A stretch of DNA of 64,000 bases from NCBI GenBank assembly GCA_902523065.1, contig CABYXZ010000003.1:40574-104573 (forward strand). Direction: 5' to 3'. The notes under the pieces were generated by a model that saw only the letters and a program-made list of their open reading frames with translations, ran no database searches and was not told the DNA's origin. This DNA is from an uncultured Marinoscillum sp. (GTDB taxonomy: Bacteria; Bacteroidota; Bacteroidia; Cytophagales; MED-G16). The position numbers and the translations under genes were made by a program. Positions 21,082 to 30,460 of this stretch are shown in pieces. The number at the start of each line of letters is the position of its first letter. The first letter of the stretch is position 1.

Positions 21082-23075
21082 CAATTAAGGTACTGATTAA
21101 CTTTAGAATTGTCAGGCTTAACTGGCATTACCTTTGCAGCACCAATACCACTATTCCAATCTGAATAGAAAACATGTCCTTTATAGAGCTGAGCACCCCA
21201 AGACATAGTAGCAAATGGAATATAACCATCTTTGTCTCCAGGAAGTATGTAACCTATTTCTCTTCCTTGCTTATAAAGGTCGCCCATCAAATCACCAGAT
21301 ATATCTACTACTCTTATACCTCCGGAATACATCGCAACGTATAGGATGTCATCCTCTATCCAATAATTATGTGATCCGTGACCTGGTAACTCATACCTTG
21401 CTATTTCAACTGGATTATCAATATCGGTAAAATCAACAAAATGAAGGAAACCCGCAGTCTCGTTTGGCGCATTGACATCAATACCATTTGGAAAGATCTC
21501 ATCACCTAAGACTGTATAAAACTTACCTGTAGACTTACTCTTGAATGGGTAAGTTGCGTGATGTGCACCACTTGCATAGTTATAATTACCAAAAGCTACT
21601 GGATTAGACGGCGAGCCGCCAGCAATACCATTTCCTACATCAACCATGTAAACACCATCCCTCCAGTTTGATGAATATGCTATTCCATCTTCAATCCAAA
21701 CATCGTGAATAGCTTGGCCTTCTTTACCAAGCTCAAACATCCCAACTTCAACTGGGTTGACTGGATCTTCAATATTTAAAATATAATATTTTTGACCAGC
21801 ACTCAATGCATAAACATGATCTTGGTATATAAATAGGTTATGTACACCACCTGTTAAATTTTTTGTGTATTCTGAAATAATTTTAACATCTCTTGGATTT
21901 GTTACATCAATAATAATGATACCATTTTTTCTATTAGATGCTCCCTCTCGACTTATTATAGCTATTTTACCATCCTCAGAAACTTTCACATCATTTACTG
22001 TTCTTGCATCAACTTGAACACTATCAATCTTTAAGATATTAGAAGGGTCAGTAACATCCCAAAAGTATGATGTACCATCTGCACCCCATGTTCCTGTGAC
22101 AGCGTAATCTCTTCCGTCAACACCTTCAAAAACCCAAAAGTCAGAAGTGTGTTTATCATTTACTAGACCTGTTCCAACTTTTACAACATCTCTTTTAACA
22201 TTTCTCTCATAAATGTTTAATGCTTTAGAAACAGAGACATTACCAAGGGAGGCAGTAACTAAATAATTACCTGAGACATCAGCAACAAACCTTCCATCAT
22301 TCATTATTAGACCAGATGCAGTATTACTTTTATCGAAAGATTTACCCTTGAAAGAAAACTCAAAAGGTATGTTAGATAGAATCTGACCTTTTTTATTATA
22401 AGCTTCTGCTTTTAATTGGATAACATCTCCAGTCCTAGCCTGATCAGCATTAGATGAAAGTTCAATATACTCAACTGGATTTTTCAGCACATCTAAGTTC
22501 AATGTACCAGTAATACCTTCATATGTTGCATTCAAGGTAACATTTCCTGATTTAACTGCTTTTATGTTATTAACATCATCAACAACCAGGTTAGAATTTG
22601 ATGATTTTATTGAAAAGTTTACATTTTCTCTAACAAAACCCATCTCATCTATAACTTCGTATGAAATCGGGACATATGTTCCTTCGTAGACTTTGTCAGA
22701 ATTTAATGAAATTTTAATTTCTTTAACAGCAGGAAATTGAACGTCAACAACAAAAGTTCTGCTAAACCTTTTACCTCCTTCTGTTATGCATACCGCAACA
22801 ACTTCATGTAATCCAGGTTGATTAGCAATAATTTTTCCTGATTCATTATCTACTTGAATAGACTTAGCAGTACTAAACACACCTTGTTTATTATAATAAA
22901 TCATATTATCACAGGATGTTGTTGATCCGTCAGAACTCATAACGTAACTACTTGGCGTAAATGTATCTCCCACGTTCATTTTTAGATCCATAAGATCCGA
23001 CTCAATTGTTTTAGTTTGAGAAAACCCCGATAGAGAAATAGTTAAAAATAGAATTTGTAATATGTAATTTTTCAT
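21081..23075 (-). CDS. secreted protein with N-terminal Ig-like (Big_2-type) domains and a C-terminal LVIVD-repeat beta-propeller
   Basis: 664 aa with a signal peptide. LVIVD-like repeats (GIIIIDVTNPRD, YYILNIEDPVNP, GVYMVDVGNG, LHFVDFTDIDNP, GIRVVDISGD). Its stop overlaps the downstream ATG (TGATG). Confidence 0.55.
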   Translation of the reverse strand: MKNYILQILFLTISLSGFSQTKTIESDLMDLKMNVGDTFTPSSYVMSSDGSTTSCDNMIYYNKQGVFSTAKSIQVDNESGKIIANQPGLHEVVAVCITEGGKRFSRTFVVDVQFPAVKEIKISLNSDKVYEGTYVPISYEVIDEMGFVRENVNFSIKSSNSNLVVDDVNNIKAVKSGNVTLNATYEGITGTLNLDVLKNPVEYIELSSNADQARTGDVIQLKAEAYNKKGQILSNIPFEFSFKGKSFDKSNTASGLIMNDGRFVADVSGNYLVTASLGNVSVSKALNIYERNVKRDVVKVGTGLVNDKHTSDFWVFEGVDGRDYAVTGTWGADGTSYFWDVTDPSNILKIDSVQVDARTVNDVKVSEDGKIAIISREGASNRKNGIIIIDVTNPRDVKIISEYTKNLTGGVHNLFIYQDHVYALSAGQKYYILNIEDPVNPVEVGMFELGKEGQAIHDVWIEDGIAYSSNWRDGVYMVDVGNGIAGGSPSNPVAFGNYNYASGAHHATYPFKSKSTGKFYTVLGDEIFPNGIDVNAPNETAGFLHFVDFTDIDNPVEIARYELPGHGSHNYWIEDDILYVAMYSGGIRVVDISGDLMGDLYKQGREIGYILPGDKDGYIPFATMSWGAQLYKGHVFYSDWNSGIGAAKVMPVKPDNSKVNQYLN

Positions 23076-23081
23076 TGTTGT

Positions 23082-24710
23082 TTATTTAATTTCAATAAAG
23101 TCCCAGATAGCCAACAGTTTTGTATTTGGGTCAATTTTAATAGAAATAGGTTTACTATCAGAAGCAATATAAAACCTACCTTTTTCTTTTTCTAGTTTTA
23201 TTGTTTGAATTTTTTCTAAATTTTTGTCATTATATGAAATTCCTAATTCTACAGGCATCTCAAACAAATAACCATCGTTTTGTACTTGGTTTAAATTTAC
23301 CTCTATCCTACCTTTCTTTTCATCAAATTTCCAATTACCATCTAGAACCATATTACCACCTTTATATAGCCACTGATCAAAGAAAATATCTAAATTCATA
23401 CCAGACACAACTTCCATTTCAGTTTTAAACTGATTTGTTGTTGTTGTTGAGTTATAGTATTTCTTATAATAATTTCTAATACCCTTCCTAAAGTTATCTT
23501 CTCCTACGTAGTTTCTGAGCATATGAAGAACCCAAGCGCCTTTCTGATATTGAAGACTATATGTTAAAACATTTTTCATGTCTTTAAGGTTATTATGAAC
23601 TATTGACGATTCTTTATCAGTCTTATAATGGTTATATACTAACCTCTTTGCATCATTTAAACCATTAACAAAATCGTCTCTGCCGTATGCATGTTCTCTA
23701 AACATAAGAGTGAAATAAGTAGCGAACCCCTCACTTAACCATACATCATCCCAGTCATATTCTGTTACACAATTCCCAAACCATTGATGAGCAACTTCAT
23801 GTATCACCACATTCCTCCACCTAACACTCCTATCACCAGTAACTGAAACATCACTATAAAAGATTGCTGTTGCAGATTCCATTCCACCCTTAACACTATT
23901 TGATTGAACATTTGCTAGCTTTTCATAAGCAAAAGGTCCTATGTAGTCTGAGAAAAATTCCATCGTGTGTTTTGTAGGAATTTTAAAGTCGTAGAAACCA
24001 TTATCTCTATCTTGTTTATATACCCATGTTTGAATGGATTTTCCTTCAAAATAATCAACATAGTCGACTGCAAACTCTGCAACCCCTAATGCATAAAGCC
24101 AACATGATATTGGAACTGACTGTTTCCAGTGAGTCTTTTTTAATTCTTTGTTTAGGTTCGTTTCCTCAACTAACAAACCGTTTGATATAACCTGGTAATG
24201 ATTAGGAGCAATCACAACAAATTCAGCTGTAGACTTATCATAAGGATGATCTACTAGAGGTAGCCAATTTCTAGCTTTATTAGGCCAATTATCACTAAAA
24301 AATGTTCTATCTCCATGCATGTTAGGCCCTATAATCAACCCAGTAATTGGCATACCACTATATACCACATTAATTATGTCACGTGATGAATATTCTAATA
24401 CCCCGGTTTCGATTAATAGCACATCATTATCATGAGAATAACTTACTTCTGAGCCGTTAAATGTAACTTTTTTAACTTCCATACCCATTCCATCTTTACC
24501 CTGTGAAATCAGATCCAATCTTACTCTATCTTCTGAATCCTTAATATTTAGGGCTATGTCTGCACTACCATAAATGATATCTGATGTGTCGTTTAAGTGG
24601 ATCTCAAATTTATAATTTAGAATATCAATATTTGGATTCTTTGGATATGGATCTTTTGCAAGAATCGTATAAGGAAGGAGTGAAAAAAGAAAAAAATATA
24701 TATGCTTCAT
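23082..24710 (-). CDS. M1 family zinc aminopeptidase (secreted)
   Basis: 542 aa with a signal peptide. GMES exopeptidase-type motif (GGMESAT), HEVAHQWFGN zinc motif and WLSEGFATY third ligand. Confidence 0.9.
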   Translation of the reverse strand: MKHIYFFLFSLLPYTILAKDPYPKNPNIDILNYKFEIHLNDTSDIIYGSADIALNIKDSEDRVRLDLISQGKDGMGMEVKKVTFNGSEVSYSHDNDVLLIETGVLEYSSRDIINVVYSGMPITGLIIGPNMHGDRTFFSDNWPNKARNWLPLVDHPYDKSTAEFVVIAPNHYQVISNGLLVEETNLNKELKKTHWKQSVPISCWLYALGVAEFAVDYVDYFEGKSIQTWVYKQDRDNGFYDFKIPTKHTMEFFSDYIGPFAYEKLANVQSNSVKGGMESATAIFYSDVSVTGDRSVRWRNVVIHEVAHQWFGNCVTEYDWDDVWLSEGFATYFTLMFREHAYGRDDFVNGLNDAKRLVYNHYKTDKESSIVHNNLKDMKNVLTYSLQYQKGAWVLHMLRNYVGEDNFRKGIRNYYKKYYNSTTTTNQFKTEMEVVSGMNLDIFFDQWLYKGGNMVLDGNWKFDEKKGRIEVNLNQVQNDGYLFEMPVELGISYNDKNLEKIQTIKLEKEKGRFYIASDSKPISIKIDPNTKLLAIWDFIEIK

Positions 24711-24795
24711 TGGGTGTTGTTTAGATAAATTAAAATTACATTATTTTTTATGATTTTTAAAAATAGGATATATTCGTGACCCTAAAACGGTTTTT

Positions 24796-25635
24796 ATGAT
24801 TAAAAATATTGGAATTATTGGTGGTTCTGGAAAGATAGGCTCTACATTCAGAAGAGCATTTGAGAAATTAAATTTAAGTGTAATTGTCTCAGATGAATCT
24901 TCTAAAGATCAAGAAAAACTACTAATTGAAAAGTCAGACTGGATTATTTTATCTGTACCAATAGATCAAACCTTAGATGTCATAAATAATATAAAAAGTA
25001 AAATTAGGTATGATCAAGTTTTTAGTGATTTTACCTCAGTAAAGTCCATTATTAAAGATGTTGAATTTAATTTCGAATTTGTTTCGTGTCATCCCCTATT
25101 CGGTCCATTAAATATAATAGATGGTCAAAATATAATAACTATTCCCGTCTCTGAAGGTCCATACTATAAAGACATCAAAGAAATATTCAAAAAAATTGGG
25201 TTAAATATAACTGAGATGAACTCAATTGAGGAACATGATAAATACATGAGTTTAATTCAGGGAATGACACACTTTTCTCATGTTTGTTTTACCACTGCAA
25301 TGAAAAAACTTGATTTAGATTTTGACAAAGTGATGGAGATATGTAGCCCTATTTATCAATCAAATATTTCATTTTCATCTAGAATAACTGGAGGTGATGA
25401 AAACTTATATACAAATATCATAATGGATAACCCAGCTAATAAAGAAGTTTTAGAGTTGTATCTTGAAACATCTAAAAATTTATTAGAAATGGTAAAAAAT
25501 CAAAATTACGATGAGTTCAAAAGTAATTTTAATGATAACAGAGAATATTTAAAGAATCATATATCAGATATGATTGAGCAAAGCAATTTCTTAATAGATA
25601 AAATGGCAGAGTTCAAAAAAGGCTCAAAGAACTAA
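24796..25635 (+). CDS. tyrA: prephenate dehydrogenase
   Basis: 279 aa. N-terminal Rossmann motif IGIIGGSGKIGS, a CHPLFGP block and a helical C-terminal dimerisation domain. Confidence 0.7.
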   Translation: MIKNIGIIGGSGKIGSTFRRAFEKLNLSVIVSDESSKDQEKLLIEKSDWIILSVPIDQTLDVINNIKSKIRYDQVFSDFTSVKSIIKDVEFNFEFVSCHPLFGPLNIIDGQNIITIPVSEGPYYKDIKEIFKKIGLNITEMNSIEEHDKYMSLIQGMTHFSHVCFTTAMKKLDLDFDKVMEICSPIYQSNISFSSRITGGDENLYTNIIMDNPANKEVLELYLETSKNLLEMVKNQNYDEFKSNFNDNREYLKNHISDMIEQSNFLIDKMAEFKKGSKN

Positions 25636-25667
25636 ACTGACCAACATTTCAAAGAGCTAACGTTCAC

Positions 25668-25704
25668 ATTTATGTTACTAGTTGAACTATTTATGTTACT
25701 AGTT
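25668..25704. repeat. tandem direct repeat: 16-nt core ATTTATGTTACTAGTT twice, with a 21-nt period
   Basis: Exact 16-mer at 25668-25683 and 25689-25704, in the intergenic region downstream of tyrA. Confidence 0.9.
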
Positions 25705-25882
25705 TAATCAAATTTTTTTTAAAAACCCCCCTATTTATTGCAAAGAATTTCAAATTTCAGTCAAGGAATGGGACTGATTTCATAGTCTCTGCACGGATAT
25801 AAAATTTGAGGATTTTCTATATAGTCAGGTGTACATTACTACTAGCTAACTACATCACAAATATACTATGAATTTTACTTCA

Positions 25883-25906
25883 ATGTTTGTAGATTGTATT
25901 ATGAGA
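25883..25906 (+). promoter_or_regulatory. start-codon-straddling motif copy A (ATGTTTGTAGATTGTATTATGAGA); candidate -7 promoter box
   Basis: 22/24 identical to copy C at 30437. Contains TAGATTG (near TAnnTTTG) 4 nt upstream of the ATG at 25901. Confidence 0.35.
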
Positions 25907-26350
25907 ATATTTATTTTATTACTATTTATATCCTTTAATGCCTTTAGTCAAAAAGAAGTTATAGTTATCGTGGAATTAATAAAAAATGAAAATAAATCTG
26001 AAAAAGATTTAAAAGATTTCACTGAAAAATATAGTAATTATGTAAAAAGCACTGAACCCAACACATTTGGATGGTCATATAATGATGCTGGAGATAAAAT
26101 AATTTTAATTGAAAGATATAAAAATGAAGATGCTAATATTATAACAGCAAAAAATATTTCTCCAAATGGGAATCGATATAAACTATTACAAGAATCTTTT
26201 GATTTTTACACCTTAAAAAAAGTAACTGTAACTGGCGGTTTTACTGAAAAACTAATAAATTTTAATAAAATAACTGCAGAAAAAGTAGGATTTACAGTAC
26301 CATTTGAATATTATCCTCTGATTAGCGGATACAGTAAAAATCCAGAATGA
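25901..26350 (+). CDS. secreted ABM (antibiotic-biosynthesis-monooxygenase-like, dimeric alpha/beta barrel) domain protein
   Basis: Start chosen at the ATG at 25901 (MRIFILLLFISFNAFSQ signal peptide); the track start at 25868 adds 11 aa. VIVIVELIK...STEPNTFGWSY...KIILIERYKNEDA fits the ABM pattern. Confidence 0.45.
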   Translation: MRIFILLLFISFNAFSQKEVIVIVELIKNENKSEKDLKDFTEKYSNYVKSTEPNTFGWSYNDAGDKIILIERYKNEDANIITAKNISPNGNRYKLLQESFDFYTLKKVTVTGGFTEKLINFNKITAEKVGFTVPFEYYPLISGYSKNPE

Positions 26351-26466
26351 AAAAACTTGTTTTCATAAAGGAAGGTAGTTATTATCTTAGATTTTCAAAT
26401 GATTATCAATACTATTATTTGGATTTATTAGTTTAGCTAAATCTTTTATTTAAATATATTAATTAG

Positions 26467-26781
26467 ATGGATGATTTATATGTAAGACTTTTGTTAACAT
26501 TTATAGGTATGATAGCAGCATCATTAGGTGTAACATTATATTTTTGGTTTTCAATAAGACATTTCTTTTACAAAGAAGAAGATTGTTACATTCCTAACCT
26601 AATATTTAATAATCAATTTGAAGGAGGAAATTTGCCAAATAACAAATTTATTAAATTTGTGATGCCTTTTATTTTGTTTCCAAGTGCCGTATTATTTTGG
26701 TTACTAACTGTCACCATCCCTTTAAAATTCTATTTTAATTTAAACCCTTGGATGTATTTTTGGAACTCAATAACAATATAA
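26467..26781 (+). CDS. hypothetical membrane protein
   Basis: 104 aa with two or three hydrophobic segments. No recognisable motif. Confidence 0.3.
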   Translation: MDDLYVRLLLTFIGMIAASLGVTLYFWFSIRHFFYKEEDCYIPNLIFNNQFEGGNLPNNKFIKFVMPFILFPSAVLFWLLTVTIPLKFYFNLNPWMYFWNSITI

Positions 26782-26822
26782 TTTCTGAAGCCTCAAACAC
26801 TACCCTTTTGAATTTTTCTAAA

Positions 26823-26846
26823 TAGTTGTACATTGTAATTATGAGA
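26823..26846 (+). promoter_or_regulatory. start-codon-straddling motif copy B (TAGTTGTACATTGTAATTATGAGA)
   Basis: Same TTGTAnnTTG-N4/5-RTGAGA architecture as copies A, C and D, directly at the CotH-like gene start. Confidence 0.3.
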
Positions 26847-29800
26847 TATCTATTAATTCTCTTATTTATTTCTTTTAGTTGTTACAGTCAAACTGTAAGG
26901 ATAAACGAGGCGGTTTCATCTAACTCTAATTTTATAGATGAAGATGGTGACTCACCAGATTGGTTTGAACTGTACAATTATGGAAATCAATCTATATCAC
27001 TAAAAAATTGGACAGTTTCAGATAAAGATGATAACCCCAAAAAATGGACTTTTCCAGATATATCTATAGATCCAGATGAGTATCTTCTTATATGGGCTTC
27101 AGGTAAAGATAGAGGTAATTCTAATGTATTTAGAACATTAATTAATTGGAAGGATGAATTTAAATATCTTATTCCAGATAGTCAAACTTCAATCAATTGG
27201 AAAAATTTAGATTTTGATGATAGTAGTTGGAAAACTGGAAGAAGCGGTTTTGGATATGGTGATGATGATGACGAGACAATTATTCCAAACGGAACTCTAT
27301 CTCTATTCATAAGAAAGAAATTTACATTAAATGATATCAATAATATTCAGAGTTTAATTTTAGATGTTGACTATGATGATGCATTTGTAGCTTATATAAA
27401 TGGAATTGAAATAGGTAGAAAAAATATTGGTGGTAATCCTCCTCTCTATAACTCTGTTCCATTCACTGATCATGAAAGTGCAATATACCGGAATGGTAAA
27501 CCGGATAGAATTACAATTTCAAATCTTGCTGAAATCATAAATTCTGGAGAAAATATTTTTTCTTTACAAGCTCATAATATCTCTAATACATCATCTGATT
27601 TTACTATTATACCTTTTTTGAGTGTTTCTTTGAGTGATTCTGATAATGATTTAGGAATATCACCACCCGAATTATTAGGTTTAAATAATGATAACTTACA
27701 TACTAACTTTAAAATATCCTCAAGTGGAGAAAATCTAACTTTATATGATGATATCGGAAATAAAATAAGTGAATTGAATATTTATGGGCTTCCTGCTAAT
27801 ATTTCTATGGGAATATCTGAAAATAATGATATAGCCCATTTTTCTACTCCTACTCCTGGATTTCAAAATTCATCAATTTATTATCAAGGTTCTAATCTTA
27901 CTAATATTTTATTTTCTAGTGATGGAGGATCTTTTACTGGCGAAATAAGTTTGTCTTTATCAGGAACTACTGGTAATGAGATTATCAGGTATACTTTGGA
28001 TGCGTCGGAACCAAATGAAAACTCTTTAGTTTATTCTGAACCTATTTATATAAATGAAACAACTATAGTAAGAGCAAAAGTTTTTGAGGAAGGTTATATT
28101 CCCTCTTATACACATTCAAGAGCATTTATTTATAACGTAAATCACACATTACCAATTATTTCTCTTATTACTGATCCTAGTAATTTATTTGATAATGATT
28201 TTGGGATATATGTTTTTGGGGATTCATATGATCAAAACTACCCTCATTTTGGAGCTAATTTTTGGGAAGATTGGGAAAGACCAATTCATTTCTCATTATA
28301 TCAAAATAATACTAACTATGAGGTTAGCTTTAATGCTGGAGTTAAGATATTTGGAGGTTGGAGCAGAGGGCAAGCTCAAAGATCTTTTTCAATTTTTGCA
28401 AGAGGGAAATATGGAACTTCAGAAATTAATTATAAGCTATTTCCTCAGTTGGATTATTCAGAGTTTCAGTCATTTATTTTGAGAAATTCTGGCCAAGATT
28501 GGCTCAGATCTTCAGTAAAAGACGCTGCACTTACTAGTCTTCTTAAGGGAACTGGATTGGATTATCAGTCATATAGACCAGTTGTAGCTTACATAAATGG
28601 AGAGTATTGGGGAATTTACAATATGAGGGAGAAGGTAAACGAACATTTTATCGCTTCAAAACATAATCTTGACTCGGATGATATTGACCTTTTAACTAAT
28701 AATTCTGAGTTGGTTCATGGCTCAAAAGATGATTATGATGATCTAATAAATTTTGTTCGATTTAATAACTTATCTAATAACGAAAATTATAATTATGTAA
28801 AAGATAGAATAGATATTGATAACTATATTATTTATCAAGTTTCTCAAATTTACTTTAATAACCACGACTGGCCAGGAAATAATATTAAGTTCTGGAAACC
28901 TAAAAATGGAAAATGGAAATGGATAATCTATGATACAGATTTTGCTTTTGGTAGTTTTCCGTCCTGGTTAGGATATAATTATAATACTCTTATGTTTTCA
29001 TTAAATCCTAATGGTCCTAACTGGCCTAACCCTTCTTGGTCAACATTATTATTTAGAAAAATAGTAGAAAATATTGAATTCAGAAATAAATTTATTAACA
29101 GGTACGCAGATGAACTAAACTCTAGATTTTTGCCTGAGAGATTTTCTAATCATATCGATTCATTAATAAATAATATCAGGATAGAAATTCCATCACATTA
29201 TAATAGATGGAAAAATCATGTTCAAAACTGGAACTATCAAGATTATGTTAATGATATGAAGAATTTTTCTAATAATAGACCTCAATTTTCTAGAGATCAT
29301 ATTTTATCAACATTTAATCTTCCTGATATTCAAAACCTTATGCTTGATATAGAAAATACAGAAATGGGATCTATTCATTTAAATGATAACCTTTTAATTA
29401 GTGAAAATAATTGGTCTGGGAAGTATTTTGAGAGTGTTCCAATAAAAATTAAAGCAATACCTAAATTAGGACATGCTTTTTCTCATTGGTCAGATGAATC
29501 TTTATTAATTTATGAAGGTTTAGATTTAAATAATCCTGAAATTTCTGTTGATTTAAAACATTATTCAAAATTTAAAGCTCATTTCAAAGTAGCGCCACTA
29601 CATTTAGAAAAAACATCTTTTCTCGATGAGGTTTATCCAAATCCAACAGATAATAAAATATATATTAACCTTAAAAAAGGTATAAAAATCAAAGATTTAT
29701 TTTTTACAGATTTAAATGGCAGGAAATATAATCCAAAAGAATATTTAAGATCTGAGAATATTTTAGATATTAATGTATCTAATCTAAATATTGGAATTTA

Positions 29801-29861
29801 TATTCTTCAAATAGAAAGCGACAGAGAAATAAATAAGGTTAAAATAATAATTGAAAGATAA
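26841..29861 (+). CDS. CotH kinase-family protein with an N-terminal lamin-tail-like domain, a chitobiase-C/Fn3_assoc-like module and a T9SS C-terminal sorting domain
   Basis: Start at the ATG at 26841 (MRYLLILLFISFSCYSQ). LTD-like RINEAVSSN..DWFELYN. CotH core (ILRNSGQDW, YINGEYWGIYNMREKVNEHF). IRYTLDASEPNENSLVYSEPI module. C-terminus EVYPNPTDNKIYINL...GIYILQIES..KVKIIIER is typical of Por/T9SS CTDs. Confidence 0.8.
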   Translation: MRYLLILLFISFSCYSQTVRINEAVSSNSNFIDEDGDSPDWFELYNYGNQSISLKNWTVSDKDDNPKKWTFPDISIDPDEYLLIWASGKDRGNSNVFRTLINWKDEFKYLIPDSQTSINWKNLDFDDSSWKTGRSGFGYGDDDDETIIPNGTLSLFIRKKFTLNDINNIQSLILDVDYDDAFVAYINGIEIGRKNIGGNPPLYNSVPFTDHESAIYRNGKPDRITISNLAEIINSGENIFSLQAHNISNTSSDFTIIPFLSVSLSDSDNDLGISPPELLGLNNDNLHTNFKISSSGENLTLYDDIGNKISELNIYGLPANISMGISENNDIAHFSTPTPGFQNSSIYYQGSNLTNILFSSDGGSFTGEISLSLSGTTGNEIIRYTLDASEPNENSLVYSEPIYINETTIVRAKVFEEGYIPSYTHSRAFIYNVNHTLPIISLITDPSNLFDNDFGIYVFGDSYDQNYPHFGANFWEDWERPIHFSLYQNNTNYEVSFNAGVKIFGGWSRGQAQRSFSIFARGKYGTSEINYKLFPQLDYSEFQSFILRNSGQDWLRSSVKDAALTSLLKGTGLDYQSYRPVVAYINGEYWGIYNMREKVNEHFIASKHNLDSDDIDLLTNNSELVHGSKDDYDDLINFVRFNNLSNNENYNYVKDRIDIDNYIIYQVSQIYFNNHDWPGNNIKFWKPKNGKWKWIIYDTDFAFGSFPSWLGYNYNTLMFSLNPNGPNWPNPSWSTLLFRKIVENIEFRNKFINRYADELNSRFLPERFSNHIDSLINNIRIEIPSHYNRWKNHVQNWNYQDYVNDMKNFSNNRPQFSRDHILSTFNLPDIQNLMLDIENTEMGSIHLNDNLLISENNWSGKYFESVPIKIKAIPKLGHAFSHWSDESLLIYEGLDLNNPEISVDLKHYSKFKAHFKVAPLHLEKTSFLDEVYPNPTDNKIYINLKKGIKIKDLFFTDLNGRKYNPKEYLRSENILDINVSNLNIGIYILQIESDREINKVKIIIER

Positions 29862-29864
29862 AAT

Positions 29865-29886
29865 AAAAGGTCCTTGAGGACCTTTT
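29865..29886. terminator. bidirectional rho-independent terminator hairpin
   Basis: AAAAGGTCC-TTGA-GGACCTTTT is a perfect 9-bp stem flanked by A and T runs, between convergent genes. Confidence 0.75.
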
Positions 29887-29894
29887 ATAAATGA

Positions 29895-30317
29895 CTACTG
29901 TATAGGTGAAACTTTAAAGTTTAAAGTTTGATTTACCATGTCTAAAACTCCACTGACCATCATTAGGTTTCCATCAGTTACAGAATCTAATGAATAGAGG
30001 ATAAAAACATTCCCTTGTTTTTTCCATACACCTTGTAGTGTGGCCTGCTGAGTGTCTTCACCTTGTTGAGCCCAAGCAAAACCTGTAAATTCTCCCTGAC
30101 CTTCTGTATCTAAAATACTTGTGAACTTATATGACAGATATACTTTTCCGTAATCACCTGCATCACCAGATGAAGAAATCTTATAAGTGTCTCCATCATC
30201 AGTATACACTGCATCAATATTTGTTTTTACTTCAAATTCTCCATCACCAAAGTTTATATCTTGTGAAAAAGATATAAATGAAATAAAAAATATGATTGTT
30301 GATAATAAATATTTCAT
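29895..30317 (-). CDS. secreted hypothetical protein
   Basis: 140 aa with a signal peptide (IIFFISFISFSQ). Beta-rich and acidic. No recognised family. Confidence 0.4.
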   Translation of the reverse strand: MKYLLSTIIFFISFISFSQDINFGDGEFEVKTNIDAVYTDDGDTYKISSSGDAGDYGKVYLSYKFTSILDTEGQGEFTGFAWAQQGEDTQQATLQGVWKKQGNVFILYSLDSVTDGNLMMVSGVLDMVNQTLNFKVSPIQ

Positions 30318-30436
30318 AAAATAAATTTTAATGTTTTAAAAGAAGGTAAATTAAATAAGGTTTCAGATTCAGTCAATTATTAGACTAAAAACATTTGGAA
30401 TTTATACCTAGATAACATAATTGATTTTTAAGTCAG

Positions 30437-30460
30437 ATGTTTGTAGATTGAATTGTGAGA
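30437..30460 (+). promoter_or_regulatory. start-codon-straddling motif copy C (ATGTTTGTAGATTGAATTGTGAGA)
   Basis: 22/24 identical to copy A. The in-frame TGA inside the motif shows that conservation is at the nucleotide level. The GTG start at 30455 follows. Confidence 0.35.

Noticed and set aside
7834-23428. Embedded or antisense track ORFs at 7834-8046(-), 10848-11111(+), 13829-14020(-), 14554-14790(-), 18404-18616(-), 20048-20278(+), 21215-21430(+) and 23201-23428(+)
   Set aside because: Each lies wholly inside a longer ORF with strong family signatures (exbD, the TrpF-like gene, gyrA, GH3, the propellers, M1 peptidase). Their translations are low-complexity Ser/Ile/Leu/Phe-rich, as expected for shadow frames of AT-rich genes.
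26347-26436. 29-aa ORF (MKKLVFIKEGSYYLRFSNDYQYYYLDLLV) overlapping the ABM-like gene stop by ATGA
   Set aside because: It is too short and has no hydrophobic or recognisable feature. It could be a remnant of a decayed gene, but nothing supports calling it.
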